Positions 60,336-64,000 of a stretch of 64,000 nucleotides of DNA are shown here, piece after piece. The notes under the pieces were generated by a model. The model saw only the letters and a list, made by a program, of their open reading frames with translations, did no database searches and was not told the DNA's origin. Within the stretch, counting starts at the first letter, position 1, and each line of letters begins with the position of its first letter. The stretch spans positions 117,075 to 181,074 of the forward strand of contig CAZFUL010000001.1 of assembly GCA_964522435.1 (NCBI GenBank), read 5' to 3'. The position numbers were made by a program, and so were the translations under genes. Source of the stretch: an uncultured Gammaproteobacteria bacterium. Its GTDB lineage: Bacteria; Patescibacteriota; Patescibacteriia; Magasanikbacterales; UBA922.

Positions 60336-60392
60336 GACGTCATTGAGACCTAGCTCGATGTATCGAGAGCACGCTCAATGACGTTTTTTATT
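60336..60392 (+). terminator. Composite terminator: long stem gacgtcattgag...ctcaatgacgt with inner hairpin, then T6
   Basis: Seen in sequence. Confidence 0.55.
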
Positions 60393-60506
60393 TATGCGTG
60401 TTTCTCTCTGGTTGAGATATTGACTTTTTGTTCTTATTCCTATATACTCGAGGCTCTTGAATGCCTCTTTGAGATGGCTTCCTTTATTTGTTATTAATTT
60501 GTCTGT

Positions 60507-62291
60507 ATGGATATTCGAAATATCGCTATTATTGCCCACGTTGACCACGGAAAAACGACATTAACCGATGCCTTGTTGCGTTTTGCTGGTATGGTTGATG
60601 ACGAACGAAGTATGGATAGTAATGCCTTGGAACAAGAGCGCGGTATTACCATTTATGCAAAAAATACGACGCTTTTTTATAAAGATACCAAAGTAAATAT
60701 TGTGGATACGCCAGGCCATGCGGATTTTGGTTCTGAAGTGGAACGCGTTCTTCGATCAATCGATGCCGTTATTTTAGTGGTAGATGCGCAAGAAGGACCA
60801 ATGCCTCAAACAAAATTTGTGTTGAAAAAAAGTTTAGAATTGGGATTAAAACCACTTGTCGTGTTAAATAAAATAGATAAACCAGCTGCACGTCCAAAAG
60901 AAGTGTACGATGAAGTATTGGAATTATTTATTGACTTGGGTGCTAATGATGATCAATTAAATTTTCCTTATTGTTACGCTATTGGAAAACAAGGTATTGC
61001 AAAAAGAACATTGGATGATGACTCAACAACCGTTGCGCCATTACTCGACATGATTTTAGAACATGTTCCTCAAGCGCCACATAACACTGGCGCGGCATTT
61101 CGTATGCAGCCATTTAATTTGGCATATGATGATTATGTCGGACGCTTAGCGATTGGTCGTATTTATGAAGGAACCGTTCATGTGGGTGACAAAGTGGTGA
61201 TTAAAAAACCAGAAGGAGCAACCCGCCAAGGAAGTATTACCAAATTACAACAATTTAAAGGATTTGATCGTATTGAAGTTACCGAAGCCTCTGCTGGAGA
61301 TATTGTTATGATCGCTGGTATTGCGGATATTGATATTGGAGAAACGATTTGTGAGAATGTTGATCAAGAAGCACTTCCAGCAATTCATGTAGACGAACCG
61401 ACAATTGCGGTGTTCTTTTTAGTAAACAATTCTCCTTTTGCAGGAAAAGAAGGAAAATTTGTGACGAGTCGTCAAATTCGTGAACGCTTAGAAAAAGAAT
61501 TGGAAGTAAATGTGGGATTAAAAGTTGATTTTAGTGAGATTGATCGATTTAAGGTGTATGGACGAGGAGAATTGCATATTGCGATTTTACTTGAACAAAT
61601 GCGCCGAGAAGGCTTTGAATTACAAGTAAGCCAGCCCCAAGTTATTTTGAAAGAAATTGATGGAGTAAAATGTGAACCATTTGAAGAAGTAACCGTGGAT
61701 GTCCCTGATGTTTCTGCTGGTATTGTTATTGAAAAAATGGGAAGACGAAAAGGTACTATGACAAAAATGTCTAATATCCATGGACAAACCCGTATGGTGT
61801 TTGAAATTCCTTCTCGTGGATTATTAGGTTACCGAGGACAATTTATCATGGATACAAAGGGAGAAGGAATTATGGCGAGTCAAGGAATTGGTTTCCGTCC
61901 ATATGTCGGAGAAATTGAAAAACGTGCGGTTGGCTCTATGATTTCTATGGTTCCTGGAAAAGCATTAGGATACTCATTGTATAACCTACAAGATCGTGGT
62001 GTATTGTATATTCCACCAAATACTGAGGTATATGAAGGTATGGTTATTGGAAATACGGCAAAAGGAGAAGATATGGCAGTAAACCCAATTAAAGGAAAAC
62101 AATTAACCAATATGCGGGCGAGTGGGTCTGATGATGCTATTCAGTTAACCCCACCCCTTCTTGTTACTTTAGAGCGAGGAATGGAGATTATGGCAGAGGA
62201 TGAATACCTAGAAATTACCCCAAAAAACATTCGTATCCGAAAGCAATTATTAACAGAAAATGATCGTAAGCGCGCAGGAAGAAAGGCATAA
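60507..62291 (+). CDS. typA: Translational GTPase TypA/BipA
   Basis: [16 protein letters not shown]1, DTPGHADF G3, NKID G4 and EF-G-like domains. 594 aa. Confidence 0.9.
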   Translation: MDIRNIAIIAHVDHGKTTLTDALLRFAGMVDDERSMDSNALEQERGITIYAKNTTLFYKDTKVNIVDTPGHADFGSEVERVLRSIDAVILVVDAQEGPMPQTKFVLKKSLELGLKPLVVLNKIDKPAARPKEVYDEVLELFIDLGANDDQLNFPYCYAIGKQGIAKRTLDDDSTTVAPLLDMILEHVPQAPHNTGAAFRMQPFNLAYDDYVGRLAIGRIYEGTVHVGDKVVIKKPEGATRQGSITKLQQFKGFDRIEVTEASAGDIVMIAGIADIDIGETICENVDQEALPAIHVDEPTIAVFFLVNNSPFAGKEGKFVTSRQIRERLEKELEVNVGLKVDFSEIDRFKVYGRGELHIAILLEQMRREGFELQVSQPQVILKEIDGVKCEPFEEVTVDVPDVSAGIVIEKMGRRKGTMTKMSNIHGQTRMVFEIPSRGLLGYRGQFIMDTKGEGIMASQGIGFRPYVGEIEKRAVGSMISMVPGKALGYSLYNLQDRGVLYIPPNTEVYEGMVIGNTAKGEDMAVNPIKGKQLTNMRASGSDDAIQLTPPLLVTLERGMEIMAEDEYLEITPKNIRIRKQLLTENDRKRAGRKA

Positions 62292-62315
62292 AAGGAAAAG
62301 CATGCACAGGAGGAC

Positions 62316-62344
62316 TTGAATTATATCTCAAAGTGTGCTATTAT
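62316..62344 (+). promoter_or_regulatory. Sigma70-like promoter TTGAAT-17-TATTAT upstream of csp, giving an ~100-nt 5' UTR
   Basis: Seen in sequence. The ORF-track start at 62316 is just the TTG of the -35 box. Confidence 0.5.
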
Positions 62345-62450
62345 ATTGACAATACTTCCACTCATTGGAAGAACAAGTATAGTTTTGGGAATAGTGTCGA
62401 GTATTCTCACAAAGCTAACTATCTTATTTACAGACACAATTTCCCAACCT

Positions 62451-62651
62451 ATGACAGGGACAATCCGACGTTTGATGGATAAAGGATATGGTTTCATTGG
62501 CGTAGATGGCCAAGAAAAAGATATCTTTTTCCATGCAAAAAACTTAGTTGGTGGTGCGCAATTTTCTGACCTCAAAGAAGGTGACATGGTTACTTTCGAG
62601 ATGGAAGACTCTCCACGTGGTCCACAAGCGATCAACGTTGCACGCGCATAA
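62451..62651 (+). CDS. Cold-shock protein (CspA family)
   Basis: MTGTIRRLMDKGYGFIGVDGQEKDIFFH RNP1/RNP2 motifs. 66 aa. Confidence 0.85.
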   Translation: MTGTIRRLMDKGYGFIGVDGQEKDIFFHAKNLVGGAQFSDLKEGDMVTFEMEDSPRGPQAINVARA

Positions 62652-62667
62652 TAGCAACACAAACCAT

Positions 62668-62698
62668 AAAAAAATCCTGATTCGTCAGGATTTTTTAT
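62668..62698 (+). terminator. Rho-independent terminator (atcctga-ttcg-tcaggat + T6)
   Basis: Seen in sequence. Confidence 0.65.
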
Positions 62699-63757
62699 TT
62701 GAAAAAATATCTACTATTCTGTATTATACCTCTATTATTAGTATTCATGAGTATGACACCAGAAGAATGGAAACAGTGGGCAACAGCAGTTGCAGAGAGC
62801 CAAGGATACCGCTTGGGGGATCAACTCTCTGTAGGAACATTTTATAAAAAAGATCATATACGAAATATGATCTATCGTGTGCATACAAAAGATGGGAAAA
62901 GCGCTATATTAAAATTATATGCTGATTTTAAAATTACCGATGAACCCATTGCCATGCAGGCGTTTGAGCAACAAAATAAGAGTACTCGGCTCATAAATAT
63001 TCCCTTAGTTGCGATGCATATTGAGTCACCCAAAAAAGGCTGGTTTATCATGGAAGAACTTCCTTTGGATATTGAAAGATTTGCTTCTCCGTTAAGCGCA
63101 GAGCAAATAGATACATTTGTTCAGGTATATATAGAATATAGAAAATATTTTCCTAAAGAGCCGACAAGAGAATTACGTTTGAGTGAATATTTATCTGCTT
63201 CTGAGTTTCATACGATTCGTATATATTCCTGGTTTCGCTTAGCAAATGAACAAGAAGAAGCAAGAAGACAACAGGGTATACCGCTGTTATTAGCACCTCA
63301 TAGCTTTGTTCCTCTATATGAAAAAGCATTAGCAGCTATCCGTGATGCCTATGCAAATAAACAAATGATCTGGTCACATGGGCATGTGAAACCGCAGGAG
63401 ATTTTGTATTCTCCATCAAAAGATTTGTATTACCTGTTAGATTTTGCGCATACCAAGATGTATCCCGTAGGCTATGAACAAGGATTTATTATTTGGGCGG
63501 ATCTGTTTATGGGAGATTGGAATACCGCTATTCATAATAGCTATGATTCTTGGAGAACTGCTATTTCACGCTGGGAAGAAGTACTTTGTCCGACCTTGAC
63601 TGTTGACGCAAACAGTCCATTTTGGCGGGCAATCGTATTAGAGCGCTGTCTTGGCACCATTCTTGCTGATGTCACCGCCAGTGATCAATTAGCCCGTGAA
63701 TTACAAGAAAAGAAACGAGACTATGTGTTACGGTTGGTAGAAGAATTATTGGCTTAA
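62699..63757 (+). CDS. Kinase-like phosphotransferase (APH/HSK-II-like fold), hypothetical
   Basis: WSHGHVKPQEIL...YLLDFAHT resembles the Brenner and DFG-like motifs. Start may be the ATG at 62747. Confidence 0.45.
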   Translation: MKKYLLFCIIPLLLVFMSMTPEEWKQWATAVAESQGYRLGDQLSVGTFYKKDHIRNMIYRVHTKDGKSAILKLYADFKITDEPIAMQAFEQQNKSTRLINIPLVAMHIESPKKGWFIMEELPLDIERFASPLSAEQIDTFVQVYIEYRKYFPKEPTRELRLSEYLSASEFHTIRIYSWFRLANEQEEARRQQGIPLLLAPHSFVPLYEKALAAIRDAYANKQMIWSHGHVKPQEILYSPSKDLYYLLDFAHTKMYPVGYEQGFIIWADLFMGDWNTAIHNSYDSWRTAISRWEEVLCPTLTVDANSPFWRAIVLERCLGTILADVTASDQLARELQEKKRDYVLRLVEELLA

Positions 63758-64000
63758 TTTGTTCCTTTGTATATACTTAAAAGGAGACCGGTACCAATAG
63801 GAATGATGCTGTGTTGAAATGCGCTGTCTGCATGCATGTTGTTAAGAAATGGTTGCATCTCTTTAGCATGTGAGATAACATTATCACTAATCACGAGTGC
63901 ATGAGGGGATAATTTTCCTTTGAGTGCCTCAACATAGAGAGGATGTTCTTGCTTGGTCGCGTCTAAAAAAACCAAATCAAAGGTATAGGGAAGATCAACA
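63754..64000 (-). CDS. Class I SAM-dependent O-methyltransferase (family 3, CCoAOMT-like), C-terminal part; N-terminus beyond window end
   Basis: VFLDA(T/D)KxxYxxYxE...LVISDNV motif typical of PF01596-type O-methyltransferases. The minus-strand frame stays open to nt 64000. Confidence 0.55.
   Translation of the reverse strand, partial: VDLPYTFDLVFLDATKQEHPLYVEALKGKLSPHALVISDNVISHAKEMQPFLNNMHADSAFQHSIIPIGTGLLLSIYKGTN

Noticed and set aside
62316-62450. 111-aa ORF starting at 62316 (MNYISKC...) upstream of csp
   Set aside because: The TTG start is actually the -35 hexamer of the csp promoter. The real CDS is the 66-aa cold-shock protein starting at ATG 62451.

Overview
The window is a low-GC (roughly 35-40% by eye), gene-dense bacterial segment. 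Most genes are on the + strand and few have a clear Shine-Dalgarno sequence. The overall character is CPR/Patescibacteria-like: YHYH protein, DUF192, tandem LOG, membrane-anchored ClpC-like ATPase and a type IV pilus module. This assignment is an inference, not a database result.

Recognisable housekeeping content:
- Protein export: secD (5' end truncated by the window) and secF.
- Replication and transcription: dus, dnaG-rpoD, ligA, dnaB, and ybaB-recR on the - strand.
- Type IV pilus module: pilM, a CheY-like receiver, a pilin and pilD.
- Cell wall and division: mraZ-rsmH-ftsL-like genes, a membrane-anchored ClpC-like ATPase, a MraY/WecA-type GT4 transferase, DUF192, a Mur-ligase family protein and an FtsB-like protein.
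- Other genes: gatC-gatA, tandem LOG, msrB, mscL, rplU, a parvulin PPIase, typA/bipA, a cold-shock protein, a P-type ATPase, and a GT4 glycosyltransferase next to a large polytopic membrane protein.
- tRNAs: tRNA-Ser(GGA), tRNA-Lys(UUU) and tRNA-Thr(CGU).
- No rRNA, CRISPR array, transposase or integrase gene is visible.

Accessory and unusual content:
1. A defence island (19.2-26.8 kb) next to tRNA-Ser. It holds an XRE-HTH gene and an Eco57I-like N6-adenine methyltransferase preceded by a truncated duplicate of its N-terminal module. It also holds an 838-aa protein that fuses a T5orf172 (GIY-YIG-like) domain to a ResIII/SF2 DEAH helicase, and an orphan 268-aa ORF. An Mrr-type restriction gene is cleanly flanked by an ~89-bp direct repeat that duplicates a divergent promoter and the first codons of a YgjP-like gene.
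2. At least seven short G+C-rich islets (about 50 to >70% GC) embedded in the AT-rich backbone. Several carry genes with strong AGGAGG-type ribosome-binding sites, including a stand-alone receiver domain with a GTG start, membrane proteins and a small zinc-ribbon protein. Two appear to be non-coding and structured.
3. A tandem pair of paralogous hairpin-plus-terminator units (31.79-32.01 kb) that look like small RNA genes.
4. A degenerate copy of the tRNA-Lys 3' end about 155 bp beyond the intact gene, which looks like an att-type integration scar.
5. A 4-gene HD, SAM-methyltransferase, Nudix-like and APH-like kinase operon.

All calls rest on motif-level reading of the supplied translations and the sequence. 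No searches were run.
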